Below, in pieces: positions 62,936 through 64,000 of a stretch of 64,000 nt of DNA (the stretch's first letter is position 1; the number at the start of each line of letters is the position of its first letter). The notes under the pieces are model-generated. The model was not told where the DNA came from and did not search any database. It saw nothing but the letters and a program-made list of their open reading frames with translations. A program made the position numbers and the translations under genes. This DNA is from Aplysia californica (Eukaryota), in contig NW_004797435.1 of the NCBI RefSeq assembly GCF_000002075.1, forward strand, positions 1,158,852 to 1,222,851, in the 5' to 3' direction.

Positions 62936-64000
62936 CTGAAGATGAAGACACAAACAGGTTAAAAGTAACTAGATCTAGTAAGAATGAATTGAAAGCTGAC
63001 CAAAAAAAGGAATGCAATAAATAGTAGTGATTTGGACTGGGAGAAACAAAGGTTGAATATTATGTGTATAGGCTGAATCAATAGCGGGCACACTGGTTTT
63101 GACCTCTATGATATGAGCGGCTCTGTGAAAACCAGTGAGAAAGGGAACATTTTCTAAACTAACATGTATGATCATTTTAAAGTGCAGTTTGCTATTCATT
63201 TCTGTGTAATTGGAGCATTAGCACAGTTCCTGCCTTTTCCTGCTGTGATAATATTCAAGCACACTGGGTTTCCATGGAATGGCAGTAAAATTCCCAATAG
63301 TTTTGTTTTGAAAAAAATATGAGAACAATTCTATTTAAGTCATATCAGAGTGCATTTCTGGTATATCTACCCAAAATGTCCCTCGTAGATCAATAAAGCT
63401 ATCTTTTCTTAAAAAGTTCCAACATCAAATATGTCTTAGCATAAAAAATTAAAGCTATTTTGTCACAAGAATGTTTCAGTTACAGCTAGTCATGGAAGAC
63501 TTAAAATATACAGGGAATAATTGCTCTACTCAGCAAAGAAACAGACCAATTTCAGAGGTGAGAAAACCAATTGCCTCTAACAAAATTTATACCAACATAT
63601 AATTTACTAACACTTCTAACAGAGAGCAAAAGGAAACAGATGACGGGGAAAAAAATGAAGTGAAAATATCAAAAGTATAAGAAAATATAATTAAAGAGAA
63701 AATATATTATTGTGAAGTTTGGTGTGTTGACAGACAGGGGCGAAATATATAACAAACACGACAACCTTCGTGTATGGTTGGACGTTAACTGATGAACAAG
63801 ATTCCTTTATTCAGTACAAACAGAAATAAGGGTAGAAGAACAGGCAATTCAGTATGTGCTACACATTAATTTAATATAAGTACCGCGTATAGCGTGAAGA
63901 GTAATTAGAGAACCGTATAACATATTTCGCAAATACAAAGACAAAGACATGTGGGTGAATGAACCTGACAGAGAATTATGAGCACTAAAGTAACACACAT

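Overview
AT-rich, microsatellite-rich animal genomic DNA with short N gaps. It is probably molluscan/gastropod, inferred from repeat style only. Manual splice-phase reconstruction gives five protein-coding loci. (1) The first coding exon of a Rab32/38-family GTPase (minus strand, runs off the left edge). (2) An 8-exon, 350-aa coiled-coil gene (minus, 10689-21989) with an N-terminal SxIP motif and a 'GIDPVTG' motif, resembling SKAP/kinastrin. (3) Head-to-head with it, a 20-exon, ~1095-aa uncharacterised gene (plus, 22668-45313). It has two bacterial-type cadherin-like beta-sandwich repeats, a TRAF-like RING/zinc-finger module that has lost most zinc ligands (U-box-like), TPR repeats and an RGG-rich linker. 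Its frame closes best through a rare U2-type AT-AC intron (39291-42095). (4) An orphan single-pass membrane protein (plus, 52143-53674). (5) The last four coding exons of DNAL1 (minus, 60984-62935). Introns and intergenic DNA carry many non-autonomous DNA transposons (Mutator-like, Merlin-like, Tc1/mariner-like, piggyBac-like and a 39-bp P-like micro-MITE), SINE fragments, an L2-type LINE end and two RNase H-bearing LINEs. One of those LINEs is nearly intact with a 12-bp TSD. Family assignments come from recalled motifs; no database searches were run.
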